Positions 10,209-21,602 of a DNA stretch of 64,000 bases are shown piece after piece (within the stretch, counting starts at the first letter, position 1; every line of letters begins with the position of its first letter). The notes under the pieces were generated by a model. The model did not search any database and was not told the origin of the DNA. It saw only the letters and a program-made list of their open reading frames with translations. The stretch lies in NCBI GenBank assembly GCA_963762255.1, contig CAVXKA010000001.1:64001-128000 (forward strand), given 5' to 3'. The translations under genes were made by a program, and so were the position numbers. Origin of the DNA: Candidatus Eiseniibacteriota bacterium. Lineage in GTDB: Bacteria > Eisenbacteria > RBG-16-71-46 > JABDJR01.

Positions 10209-13034
10209 CTACGAATCCAGCACCTCGCGCACCTTGTGCGTCAGGTCTGCGACCGAATACGGCTTGCCGATGAAGTTCACGCCTTCGTCGAGTACTCCAT
10301 AGTGCACGATGGCGTCATCGGTGTAGCCGGACGTGAAAAGGACCTTCATCCCGGGATGACTGTGGTGGAGTCGTTCCGCCAGTTCCCGCCCGCCCATATC
10401 GGGCATTACCACGTCGGTGAGCAGAAGCTGGACAGATCCCTCGTGGCTCTCCAACAACTTCAACGCCCCGTTGCCGTTCGCCGCATCGAGGACGGTATAG
10501 CCGTGCTCTTCGAGTACATCCCGGACCAAAGCGCGAATGTGCTTCCTCGTCCTCGACGACGAGAATCGTCTCAGTACCTCTTTCAGAAGCTACCGCAGGA
10601 GCCGGCTCGGACTCTCGTACGGTTTCCATAGTTCGTGGGAAGTAGATCTTGATCGTGGTGCCCTTGCCGACCTCGCTGTAGACCCAGATACTGCCGTCGC
10701 ACTGTTTCACGATGCCGTATACCGTGGCCAAGCCGAGTCCCGTTCCCTTTCCCGACACTTTCGTCGTGAAGAACGGCTCGAAGACTCTCCGTTGGGTCGC
10801 GTCGTCCATCCCGTACCCGGTGTCGCTGACCGCGAGCATCACGTGAGGGCCCGGCGTGCACCGTGGTGTGACCTCGCATACAACTCGTCCACCATGACGT
10901 TCTCCGTCCTAATGGTCAGCGTGCCGCCGTCCGGCATGGCGTCACGGCTGTTGCTGGCCAGGTTCAGGAGAATCTGCTCGACTTGCGTGGGATCGATGCG
11001 GACGTTCCCCAGGTCCGTGGCCAGTTGCACGCTGACGTGAACATCCTCGCCAATGAGACGCCGAAGCACCGGCTCAACCCCCACTACGGCGCTGTTGAGG
11101 TTCACGACAACGGGCTGGAGAATCTGGCGCCGGCTGAAGGCCAGAAGCTGTCGGGTCAGGTCGGCTGCCCGCTTGCCGGCACTTCGAATGTTGTTCAACT
11201 GCTCGCGCAGGCGATCTGTCCTCACGCAGCCCCTGTGCCGCCAGTTCGGCCGTACCGTTGATGACCGTAAGCAGGTTGTTGAAATCGTGGGCGATTCCGC
11301 CGGCAAGCCTGCCGACGGTTTCCATCTTCTCTGCTTGCCGCAGGCGATCCTGCAGCTGCACGCGGTCGGTGACGTCATAGTAGGTCCCCAGAAGACCGAC
11401 GATCGCCCCGCCCGCCGCCCGGAGCGGCACCTTGCTTGTCAGCAGGTGAATGCACTCGCCCGAAGGCGTCGTCTGCGTCTCTTCGAAGAGAAGCTTCGCT
11501 TCCCCGCTCTCGATCACAGCACGGTCATCGGCCTGGTAGAGGTCGGCTTGCTCCCGCCAACACATGGCATGGTCGTCCTTACCAATGACGTCCTCCGGTT
11601 TCTCGAACCCGGCGTCCCGGGCAAACGCCACGTTGCAGCCCCGGTACATCAGGTCTCTGTCCTTCCAGAAGACTCGCACCGGTATGGAGTCGAGGATTCC
11701 ATGAAGCAGCTCGCGCGATTCCCGCAGCGCCTCCTCCGACCGCTTCCCCTCGGTGATGTCATGAACGATGGAATGCAGAAACGCCCTTCCCCCGATATCA
11801 ATCCTGCTGTTCCATACCTCCACGTCTCTGACGGAGGCCAGTCGGTGGCGGAACTCGAGGAGGCTGCGTTCCTTGCCCCCGACCGTCTTCAGCGCCGCTT
11901 CGACCCCTTCAGGTGGGGTGATGTCGATATCCTGAATTCGTCTTCCCCGCAGTTCTTCCACCGACCATCCATAGAAATTCGCCGCCGCTTCATTGGCTTC
12001 GACAATCTCGCCGGTGTCCGGATCAGTGATGAACTTGACGGCCATGTGGTTCTGGAAGAGGGAGCGGAACTTCTCCTCGCCCGCGCGCAACGTTTCGTTG
12101 GCCTCGACCAGATGTCTCGTCTTGGCTCACCTGCTTGCGAAGCAGCACGATGGCGCCGAACGCCAACACGAGGAACCCACTGATGCCGCCCATGATCCAG
12201 GCGAGGTACCGTGGCAGGACGACCTTTTGGGGCCTTTCCGATCCAGAGCGCCAATTCGGCGTAGAACACGGAGCCGGCCTCGGACTTCATGATTCGCAAT
12301 TCGTGGTCGATGGCCTCGAGCAGATCCTGGTTCGTCCCGCGCGCGGTCGCGAAATGCAGCGATACCGCGTTGAACACGATCCCCGTCCGAGACAGTCCGT
12401 ACTTCTGATAGTGGTAGTCTCCAAACAACTGGTTTGTGACAACCGCATCGACCATGCCATTCGCGGCAAGGGTGAAGACTTCCTCGTAGGAGTATGCCTC
12501 GACCACAGACACGCGATAGCCGAATCCCCGTATCATCTCTTCCAATACTGTTTGCTGAATCGAATCCTTGAGCAAGCCAAGCCGCAAACCGTTCAGATCG
12601 GACAGCTTGGTCATGGGCTTCTTGCGCACCGCGTATACCTGCGACCAGCTATCGACAACCGTCTCTTCATTGAAGTCGAATCTTCTAGTTCGCTCGACCG
12701 AGAAGGCGACATCCGGCATCAAGTCGATGCGGCCCTCTTCGAGAGCGTCCAGGCACTCGGACCATTCACAAGGTACGTACACCAGGTTCCACTGTTCCCG
12801 GCGGGCAATGTCTTCCAAGATGCCGACAAAAATGCCCGAGGGTCGGCCCGCCTCGCTGGTGAAGACCTTGGGCTCGTTCTCGTAGAACCCGACGCGTACC
12901 GTGCGGTCCCGAGCGCGGTCGTGCACTTGAACTTGGGCACTGCATGGAGAGACAAAGACGATTGGGGGACCTATGAGTACTATTGCGACGGCTGCGATCA
13001 TCGAGCGGAGCGAGAGAGTCCCGTTGGCAATCAT
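10209..13034 (-). CDS. Hybrid sensor histidine kinase: periplasmic SBP family 3 domain, two PAS, HisKA, HATPase, REC (several frameshifts)
   Basis: [21 protein letters not shown] domain; PAS domains; [16 protein letters not shown]-box; [18 protein letters not shown]; EPFFTTK..GTGLGL; [15 protein letters not shown] receiver. Confidence 0.9.
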
Positions 13035-13238
13035 GAATACCTCGCGATCGATCGTCTCTTGGGCAACCAACCCGTAGCTTACACCGACCCGGCCGGTTCT
13101 ACGATCCCAGCAGTCCTATCCACTGTCGGTCCATTGTCACCCCCCGATGGCCGGCCCCTCGGCTATCATGTGGGCGCCTGCCGGGCCCTGATTGACCGAT
13201 AGCGAGTGTCCACTTCGGGAGTTTCCACAGGAGGGGTG

Positions 13239-14085
13239 ATGCGAGACCGGAGAGAGGAAATCGGCCGACTCGCGGACCGCATCCTCCGGAACAACCTGAG
13301 TTTCTCGGAACTTGCGACCCGGGTTTCACAGGGTGACACTGACTTCCTGAGACTGGACGCGGAGCAGAACGCGGTGCGCTGTCTCCGCATCCGGGACATC
13401 GTGCTTCAGCGTCAGATCTCTCTTGCAGGATCACCGGGGCGGCCCCTCGCCGTTCTTGAGACGGGCATCGGCTACGGCTACGTCACGACATGTCTTCGAG
13501 AGAGCCTCGGCGATTCGAGTCGCGATTTACGCCCTGGAACATCCCGGCCGTGAGTACATCGAACGTCCGGCCTTCCAGGAGTATCTGACCGAGGAACGGA
13601 TTCAGCTCCAGGCCCGAGATCTGCTTGCCGACGAAATCCCGTGGGGCGAGCTGGCCTTCGACGTCATCATCCTCTCCGAAGTCTTGGAGCACATCCCGCC
13701 GACCGCCGCTCCCGATCTTATTCGCCGCCTCGCCCGGCGCCTTACCCCCGAGGGAAGGCTGGTGATGACTTCCCCAAACCTGCACTCACTACATCGAAGG
13801 ATCGGCTTCGCGCTGGGGCGGGGTAGGCTCTTCGACCTGGCCACGCCCCTGGAATTCGCTCCCGGCACCTATGGCCACATCATGATCTACGGAAGGCCCG
13901 AGCTATCTGCTCTGCTCGATCATGCCGGACTCAGGCTATCCAGTTTTGGTTACCTCAACTGGGAGCACATCTATCTGCGGGGGAGTGGATTCGAAGCGAA
14001 GGCCCTTCATTGGGCACAGAAGCACCTCCCGATTCTCATGCCTCAACTCTCCACGACCTGGATTGCGGTGGCCGCGGCGCACTGA
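13239..14085 (+). CDS. Class I SAM-dependent methyltransferase (frameshift near 13520)
   Basis: RBS aggagg; VLETGIGYG motif I; FDVIILSEVLEHI...LTPEGRLVMTSPN. Confidence 0.82.
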
Positions 14086-14093
14086 CCGGCTCC

Positions 14094-14992
14094 CTACGGC
14101 AGAAGGCCTTTCAGACTCGCCAGGTCGGTCCCGCGCACGAACTCACGCACGAACTCGGGTTTGTCCTTGGGCCCGGTGAAGGTGAGCGCCATGCCGCGCA
14201 CTTCGGTTGGCACGCCCAGGTCAACTTCTGGAAGCTGGTAGAACGTATAGCCGCTGATCTTCTTGACCTTCTCGAAGGGTCCGATGAAGACGGTGATGCA
14301 GTAGCTGTCATAGCTCTGGCACTCGTCGGTTCTGCTCGAATCCCGGGAAGCCCCCATCGATCGCAATCGGGCAACGCCTTGTCGGTGAGGCTCACATCCT
14401 GATTGATCCGGACCCAGATGGACAGTTCCTTGGCCGGGAGCGCGTCCTTGATGTCCTTGGCCCCAGTAGTGGTGCCTCCGGACGTGAGCCAGGCCTGATA
14501 CCCGGCCACGATCTCCTCGAGCAGCTTGTCAATTTCGGCGCTGAGTGCTTTGCGCTCAGCCTTGATCTTGTCCTTCTCCGCGGGATCCTTAGCGTTCTTG
14601 CGGGCCTGCGAGAGTTCGGCATCCTTGGCATTCAGTTCGGCCATTCTGGCCTGTTGCTCGGGAGTCCCCTTGGTCCGGTCCACGAAGTAGGCCGTTTGCT
14701 CCTCCTCACGCACTTTCTCGTCCCGGGTGTACCTTGCCATGTACGCCATTTGGAACATCTCGTTGGGTTTGATCGCCTCCGGGACCATCCCCGCGTCGAA
14801 GTCGCTCTGGTAATTCAGCGTGAACACATAGTCCTGCGGAGCCTTGGGCAGCGCGTCTTGGATTGTGCTTCGCACGCTGCTGAAGACCGATGCCTCCTTG
14901 TCGGTCATCTTCCTCTGGGGTCCGGGGCCGTCGGCCATAGCGGAACTGGAGGGGATAAGAAGACAGAACAGCGCGGCCAGTAGTCGTTTCAT
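14094..14992 (-). CDS. Secreted hypothetical protein with coiled-coil segment (frameshift near 14360)
   Basis: Signal peptide MKRLLAALFCLLIPSSSAMA; charged helical middle; the C-terminal part continues in ORF 14094..14366. Confidence 0.7.
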
Positions 14993-15259
14993 CGGGCGCT
15001 TCCTCGTGGTAAGAATGAGGTCCGCGAAACGGTCGGCGATCTGTCGGCCCGCCCGGACCTGCGCGCGAAGATCACAGCATACAGCTTTGGAGAAAAAGCG
15101 GCTGGATTCCACGCCACCACGAGAAACGCGCTCCGTGTGCCGGCTTCGCATGGCCTCGCGGCGCGGAGATCCACGTCAAGGCCTTGCTTCCGACCGCCCC
15201 TTCTCGTACCGTTGAAGCGAAGTGTTCCCGCTGGGGGTCGAAGGGAAGGGTGGTTCGTG

Positions 15260-16981
15260 ATGAGAAGATTCGAGATGCGGGTCGATCCTCTGACCCACGA
15301 GATCTATTACGCCGTTCCGCTCAAAGGCATTTCGTTGCTGCAGGATCCCCTGCTCAACAAAGGACATGCCTTCACCGCGATGGAGCGGACCGAGCTGGAC
15401 CTGCACGGTCTCCTTCCGGATATGGTGGGAGCGCTCCATTGGCAGGTCGAACGCAATTACGGCATCTACCAGATGAAGACCAGCGACATGGAGCGGTACG
15501 TGACTCTGAACGGTCTTCTGGACCGGAACGAGACCGCGTTCTACTCGTTGGTGACGCAACACATCGAAGAGACCCTCCCCATCATCTACACACCCACAGT
15601 CGGGCAGGCGTGTCTCACCCTGTCCCACATCATCCGCCGCTATCGCGGGGTGTACGTCACGGCGGCCAACGTGGACCGGATCGAGGACATGCTCAGGGCG
15701 GTCGGGCTGCCGGAGATCTCCCTCCTCGTCGCGACCGACGGTGAGCGCATCCTCGGCCTCGGCGATCTCGGCGCCGACGGGATGGGCATCCCCATCGGCA
15801 AGATCTCACTCTACGTCGCCGCGGCCGGCATCCATCCCGCCTCGACGTTGCCGGTCTGCCTCGACGTCGGCACCAACAACCAACGCCTTCTGGAGGACCC
15901 GCTCTACATCGGGGTGCGGCAGCCGCGGTTGACCGGCGAAGCGTACTACGACGTCATCGAGCGATTCGTGCAAGGCGTGCGGCGCGTCTTCCCCCGCGCC
16001 CTCCTGCAGTGGGAGGACATCGGGAAGCACCACGCGTTCACGCTGCTGGAGCGCTACCGGAACCGGATTCCGAGCTTCAACGACGACATCCAGGGAACGG
16101 GCGCCACTGCGGCCGCGGCCCTGCGAGGCGCGCTGCAAGCATGCGGACGACCGTTGCGCGACGAGCGCATCGCCATCTACGGATTCGGCCAAGCGGGAAG
16201 CGGCGTCGCCAACGCGATCGTGACCTTCCTCGAGATGGAGGGAGGAGTCACGACCGAGGAGGCCCGTCGGCAGGTCTACGCCGTCGATATCGACGGGTTG
16301 CTGATGGATGGAATGTCGGTCACGCCCTATCAGGAGCGCTTCCGGCAACCTAGAGAGGCCATCGCCGGCTGGCCGGTTCCCAAGGACAGAGCTCCCAACC
16401 TGGCCGAGGTCATCCGCCACGGCAAGATCACGACGCTGATCGGTGTCTCCGGACAGTGCAACGCATTCCAGCGAGAATTGCTGGCCGACCTGGCCAAGAA
16501 TGTCGATCGCCCCATCGTCTTCGCTCTCTCCAACCCGACATCCTGCTCGGAGACGACGCCCCAAGAGGTGGCGGACGCCACCGCCGGGCGGGCGCTCATG
16601 GCGGCGGGCAGCCCGTTCCCGCCGGTCCACCTGCCCAATGGCCGCGTCTTTCGCACATCCCAGTGCAACAACCTCTACGTCTTCCCGGGCATGGGGCTGG
16701 GCGCCATCGTCTGTCAGGCTTCCAGCATCACCCACCGGATGTTCCATGCCGCGACCTGCGCGATCTCCGATCTGGTGACCGACGACGAACGCGCCGCCGG
16801 ATTGCTCCTGCCGCCTCTTGCCGAGATTCGGCGCGTGTCGTATCACGTCGCGCTGGCTGTCGCCAAACAAGCCCGCGAGGAGGGGTTGGGAATAGCCGAG
16901 TCGGACGAGCGGCTGGGGGAATTGATCGCCGCCGCCATGTGGCAGCCGCGGTACTACCCCTATCGATACGCCGGCTGCTGA
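15260..16981 (+). CDS. maeA: NAD-dependent malic enzyme
   Basis: PLLNKG, PIIYTPTVGQAC, TDGERILGLGDLG, FNDDIQGTG, FALSNPT and QCNNLYVFPG motifs. Confidence 0.95.
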   Translation: MRRFEMRVDPLTHEIYYAVPLKGISLLQDPLLNKGHAFTAMERTELDLHGLLPDMVGALHWQVERNYGIYQMKTSDMERYVTLNGLLDRNETAFYSLVTQHIEETLPIIYTPTVGQACLTLSHIIRRYRGVYVTAANVDRIEDMLRAVGLPEISLLVATDGERILGLGDLGADGMGIPIGKISLYVAAAGIHPASTLPVCLDVGTNNQRLLEDPLYIGVRQPRLTGEAYYDVIERFVQGVRRVFPRALLQWEDIGKHHAFTLLERYRNRIPSFNDDIQGTGATAAAALRGALQACGRPLRDERIAIYGFGQAGSGVANAIVTFLEMEGGVTTEEARRQVYAVDIDGLLMDGMSVTPYQERFRQPREAIAGWPVPKDRAPNLAEVIRHGKITTLIGVSGQCNAFQRELLADLAKNVDRPIVFALSNPTSCSETTPQEVADATAGRALMAAGSPFPPVHLPNGRVFRTSQCNNLYVFPGMGLGAIVCQASSITHRMFHAATCAISDLVTDDERAAGLLLPPLAEIRRVSYHVALAVAKQAREEGLGIAESDERLGELIAAAMWQPRYYPYRYAGC

Positions 16982-17233
16982 GACCCGCAAGGCCAAGCCT
17001 CGCCAGGTGCGGCGCCCCTTGCCTAAACATGACTATTTCAGTCATGTGCTGTTCGGATGATATGTTCACCTTACTTCCAGGCGACTCCTCCTTCCGTTTG
17101 TTTCAGGACCCGCGCTGGGTTAGGCTTTCCCGAAGGAATCGCCCTCGCCCGGCCGTGCTTGGCCGCATGCGTGGCGGCATATGGGGACGGCCGGCCTGGG
17201 CTCGCCCGCGCGCCGGCGGAAAGGACTTCCGGA

Positions 17234-18088
17234 ATGGCGTCGCGCACGGCGTTTCTCGCGGTTTTGTTGGGGCTTCTGATTCAGACGGCCATTCCTTCGG
17301 CCTGGGCCGGGCGACCCGAAGATGCCGCTCAGGCCCTGGCTCGCGGGAACACGATGCTTGCGCAGAACGACTGGCAGCAGGCTGAGGTTGCGTTCGCCGA
17401 GGCCGCTCGGCTCGACCCCGCCAATGCCGCCTACCGCGGCGAGCTCGACGTTCTCCGCCGCGTGATGAAGCTGCGGACGGACCTTGCCGGGACTGCGGAT
17501 GCCGCGCAGTGGGATCGTACCGCCGCCGCCTTGCGCGCCTATTACTACAGCAAGGGGATCTTCGGCGAGGCCCTCGCCCTCGATCGAGAGGCGCATCAGC
17601 GGACCGGTTCTCCCGCGAGCGCGGCACTCCTGGCGGAGAGCCTGCTCGAGCTGAACCGCGATGTCGAAGCGGCATCGCTCCTCGCGCAACAGCCCGTTGC
17701 CAGGCTCACCCCATCCGCCCGCATGCTCCACGGCATCGCGCTCGCGCGAACGGGCGACATCGCGAAGGCGAAGCTGATCGCCACGGAAGTCTCGCTTCCC
17801 TTCGCCGCCACGCCCAACCTCCTCATGATCCGCGCCCGGCTCCTGGCCGGCACCGGCGACCACGCCGGCGCGGTGAAGCTTCTCAAGCAGGCCTTCGAGA
17901 CGACGACGCCGAGTCTTCTCGGGCAGACCCGCGACAGGGTGAAGACGTGCAGCGACTTCGCCGCGCTGGGGACGAACAGCGCGTTCACCCAGGTCATGGA
18001 CACAGCGTCCAAGATGTCCGAGTCCTCATGCAGCAAGGGTCCGAGCTGCGGCGCCTGCCCTTCGCGCACCGCCTGCGGTTCGAAGTAG
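17234..18088 (+). CDS. Secreted TPR-repeat protein with C-terminal four-Cys motif
   Basis: Signal peptide MASRTAFLAVLLGLLIQTAIPSAWA; helical TPR-like repeats; ends SCSKGPSCGACPSRTAC. Confidence 0.75.
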   Translation: MASRTAFLAVLLGLLIQTAIPSAWAGRPEDAAQALARGNTMLAQNDWQQAEVAFAEAARLDPANAAYRGELDVLRRVMKLRTDLAGTADAAQWDRTAAALRAYYYSKGIFGEALALDREAHQRTGSPASAALLAESLLELNRDVEAASLLAQQPVARLTPSARMLHGIALARTGDIAKAKLIATEVSLPFAATPNLLMIRARLLAGTGDHAGAVKLLKQAFETTTPSLLGQTRDRVKTCSDFAALGTNSAFTQVMDTASKMSESSCSKGPSCGACPSRTACGSK

Positions 18089-18103
18089 CCCGCAACGCCG
18101 CAC

Positions 18104-19270
18104 GTGCGCCTGTCGTTGCGTAGCTCCGTCCAGTTGGGATTCCTTGCGCTCACCGTGGCGGCGGTGTTCCTCGTGCGCGGAAACGCCGAGCGGTGGTGCC
18201 CCTTCGGCGGGGTGGAGAGCCTCTACACGTACGTGACCGAAGGGAACATGCCCTGTTCTCTTGGGGTCTCCAACCTGTACATCCTCCTCGGGATACTGGG
18301 CGCGACACTTCTCGCGCGACGCGTCTTCTGCAGCCACGCCTGTCCGATCGGCACCGTTTCCGCGTGGATACGCCGGTTGGGAGCGCGGGTGGGGTTGCCC
18401 GCGCTGAAGGTCTCGCGGGTTGCGGATCGCGTGCTCTCGCTGGGGAAATACGCCGTCCTCGGGGTGATTCTGTGGTTCACGTATCGAACCGCCGAGCTGG
18501 TCTTTCGCGGCTACGATCCCTGTTACGCGCTGATCAGCCGGAACGGCGAGGACATTACGATCTGGGCGTACGTGATCTCGGGCGGCATCGTGGTCGCCTC
18601 GCTGGTGGTGGCGCTTCCCTTCTGCCGCTGGCTCTGCCCCTTCGCCGCGATCTTGCAGCCGTTCTCAGCGGTGGGCTTGTTGCGCATCCGCCGCAGCGAC
18701 GCGGGCTGCGCCGAGTGCGGCCGCTGCTCGGACACATGCCCCATGGGTATCCCCGTCGACACGATGAAGGAAGTGACCTCGGCGAGCTGCACCGCCTGCG
18801 GTGAGTGCATGAAGGTGTGCAAGGTGCGCAAGAACCCTCCGCTTCGCTGGGCGCTTCCGCGAGGCGCCGGCGCGCGCCTGCCGAAGTGGATACCGGTTCC
18901 GATCCTCCTCGCAGGCATCGGGCTCTCGGTGGGTGCGGCGCAATTCTTCCCGGCGCCGTCCTTCACGTATGCGCGCGGAGACGAACCCGCGACGACCGCC
19001 ACCGTCGATCTGGAAATCGCCGGCCTCGATTGCCGGGGGCGCGCGACGCTGCTCGTCTTCTTCCTCGACCGGGACGACGAGTTCGCGCTTCCCGGGTACG
19101 TGAGTCTCGAGGCGTGGCCCGGGCCGAAGCAGGGACGCGCGCGCATCACCTACGATGCGGCGAACCTCACCCCCGACCTCGTGCGCAGAAGCCTGAGCGA
19201 GCCCTACTTCAACCTCGCCGAGAACCTCTGGTATTCGTCCCCGTTCACGGTGCAGGCGGAGAAGCCGTAG
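18104..19270 (+). CDS. Membrane 4Fe-4S ferredoxin-type protein (NapH/MauN-like) with C-terminal HMA-like domain
   Basis: WCPFGG, FCSHACP and FCRWLCP motifs; two ferredoxin motifs CAECGRCSDTCP and CTACGECMKVC; TM helices; VDLEIAGLDC. Confidence 0.88.
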   Translation: MRLSLRSSVQLGFLALTVAAVFLVRGNAERWCPFGGVESLYTYVTEGNMPCSLGVSNLYILLGILGATLLARRVFCSHACPIGTVSAWIRRLGARVGLPALKVSRVADRVLSLGKYAVLGVILWFTYRTAELVFRGYDPCYALISRNGEDITIWAYVISGGIVVASLVVALPFCRWLCPFAAILQPFSAVGLLRIRRSDAGCAECGRCSDTCPMGIPVDTMKEVTSASCTACGECMKVCKVRKNPPLRWALPRGAGARLPKWIPVPILLAGIGLSVGAAQFFPAPSFTYARGDEPATTATVDLEIAGLDCRGRATLLVFFLDRDDEFALPGYVSLEAWPGPKQGRARITYDAANLTPDLVRRSLSEPYFNLAENLWYSSPFTVQAEKP

Positions 19271-19694
19271 CGCGGATCTGCACGCGGGAGTTCTTCCCCG
19301 TGGATACACCGCCCCAGATGGCGCCCAACGCCGCCCCGGCGCCCATCAAGTACCAGGCCTTGCGTTCTTCCCATAGCCCGCACCAGCTCCCGAGTGCGCC
19401 GACGGAGAGGCCCGCGAAACCGGCCGCGTCCGCGCCGTAGGCGATTCGCCCGAGTCGGGTCAGCTCGATGGTGGGAGGGCGGGTCGGAAAGCTTGCCGAG
19501 TTCGGGACCTTCAAGAGTCCCGGAGTGCGTAGCGACGGACGAAGGGACTCGTAGAGCAGGCTGACCTGGGGTCGCGGCATCCACTGGCGCCGGGCTTCGA
19601 CCCGCACCGTGTCGGGAACGTCGAAGACCGGGATGTCGGCTTGAGCGGTTGCCAGGATCAGCCCCAGAGCGATCGCCATCCCGCCCGGATTCAT
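19245..19694 (-). CDS. Hypothetical membrane/secreted protein
   Basis: Starts directly after the deaminase stop; hydrophobic N-terminus and Gly-rich TM-like segments. Confidence 0.55.
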   Translation of the reverse strand: MNPGGMAIALGLILATAQADIPVFDVPDTVRVEARRQWMPRPQVSLLYESLRPSLRTPGLLKVPNSASFPTRPPTIELTRLGRIAYGADAAGFAGLSVGALGSWCGLWEERKAWYLMGAGAALGAIWGGVSTGKNSRVQIRATASPPAP

Positions 19695-19695
19695 G

Positions 19696-20916
19696 TCACT
19701 CTCCCAGCAAGTCCCGCTCGAGCTGCTCGTAGCGGTCGATCACCCGGCGCACGTACGCGCGCTTGGAGCGATAGCTGCCGGGGTAGAAGCTCCCCTTGAA
19801 CCCCGCCACCACGAGATTGCGAAACTGGGATCTCGTGATCTGGAGTTTGTCCGCGACCAATTCCAGCTCCCGGCTGACCGTCGTATTGGAGACGAGCCGG
19901 TTGTCGGTGCAGATCGTCACCGACATGCCGTAGTCGATCATCTTGAGCACGGGATGCTCGGCCATGCTCCGAATCTCCGGCGTGGTCTGAAGATTGCTGG
20001 TCGGGCACACCTCGATGGTTATCCGTTGGCTCGCGATGGTCTCCGCGAGCAGCCGGGTGTAGGCGACGGGATCCTCGATGTCCGAGTCCCGCACCATGTC
20101 GGCGGCGAAGAGAAACGTCCCGTGGCCGATGCGATTCGTGTGGCATTCGGTGATGGCCTGGAAGATGGACTCTGGGCCGTAAGCTTCGCCGGCGTGCACC
20201 GTCTTCTTGAGGAAGTTCTTGTGCGCGTACTGATACGCCTCGCGGTGGTCGATGGCCGGGTATCCCGCCTCCTCGCCGGCCAAATCGAAGGCCACGACCG
20301 GAAGCCCCACGTCCCGCGCGAGGTGGGCCGCCGCACGCGCCAGCTCCAGCGACGCGGTCGCGAAGACGCGCTTGCGCGGCGTGTAGGCGAGGGACCGCAA
20401 CATCTGAGCGAAGTATGGGCCCATGTCCTCGTTGAATGAGCGCATCGCGCACAGGATGAGACCGTACTCGAACGGGATGTCGTGCCCCGACTGCACGACG
20501 GCGGACGCATCGTGCTCCGCCTTCGCCCGGCTCATGCCGTCCGATACCGCGCGCACGACTCGCTCCAGGCTCAGACCGTCACGAACGTGCAACTGGGGCG
20601 CGAAGCGGACTTCGACGTAGCGGACGCCCTCCGCCAGGCAGTCCTCCGCGAGTTCGTACGCCGCCCGCTCCAGGTTCTCCGCGGACTGGAGCACCCCGCA
20701 GGTATATGCGAACCCCTGCAGGTACTCCCCCAGGCTCTTGTACTTCTCCTTGAAGACCAGCTCGCGCATGCCCGCTTCGTCGCTGGACGGCAGCGTGACG
20801 CCGCAGGAGGGGGCGAGTTCGATCAGGGTGGCCAGCCGAAGCGATCCGTCGAGATGGACGTGCAGGTCCGTCTTGGGGATCGCCCGGATAAACTCCCGGG
20901 TGACGTTATGCAGCAT
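19696..20916 (-). CDS. add: Adenosine/adenine deaminase family protein
   Basis: PKTDLHVHLDGSLR, YVEVRFAP, DLAGEE, TVHAGE, RIGHG, EVCPTSN and CTDN motifs. Confidence 0.92.
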   Translation of the reverse strand: MLHNVTREFIRAIPKTDLHVHLDGSLRLATLIELAPSCGVTLPSSDEAGMRELVFKEKYKSLGEYLQGFAYTCGVLQSAENLERAAYELAEDCLAEGVRYVEVRFAPQLHVRDGLSLERVVRAVSDGMSRAKAEHDASAVVQSGHDIPFEYGLILCAMRSFNEDMGPYFAQMLRSLAYTPRKRVFATASLELARAAAHLARDVGLPVVAFDLAGEEAGYPAIDHREAYQYAHKNFLKKTVHAGEAYGPESIFQAITECHTNRIGHGTFLFAADMVRDSDIEDPVAYTRLLAETIASQRITIEVCPTSNLQTTPEIRSMAEHPVLKMIDYGMSVTICTDNRLVSNTTVSRELELVADKLQITRSQFRNLVVAGFKGSFYPGSYRSKRAYVRRVIDRYEQLERDLLGE

Positions 20917-20994
20917 GGAGTACGCTCCTCGTTTTGCGTAACAGTTTACCGAGGCGCGCACCCGAGCGAAAGTGGGGATATTGCCGAGGCGGGG

Positions 20995-21570
<576 letters not shown>

Positions 21571-21602
21571 CGCTCCTTTCGATCGGGCTGATTGATTGTC
21601 GA

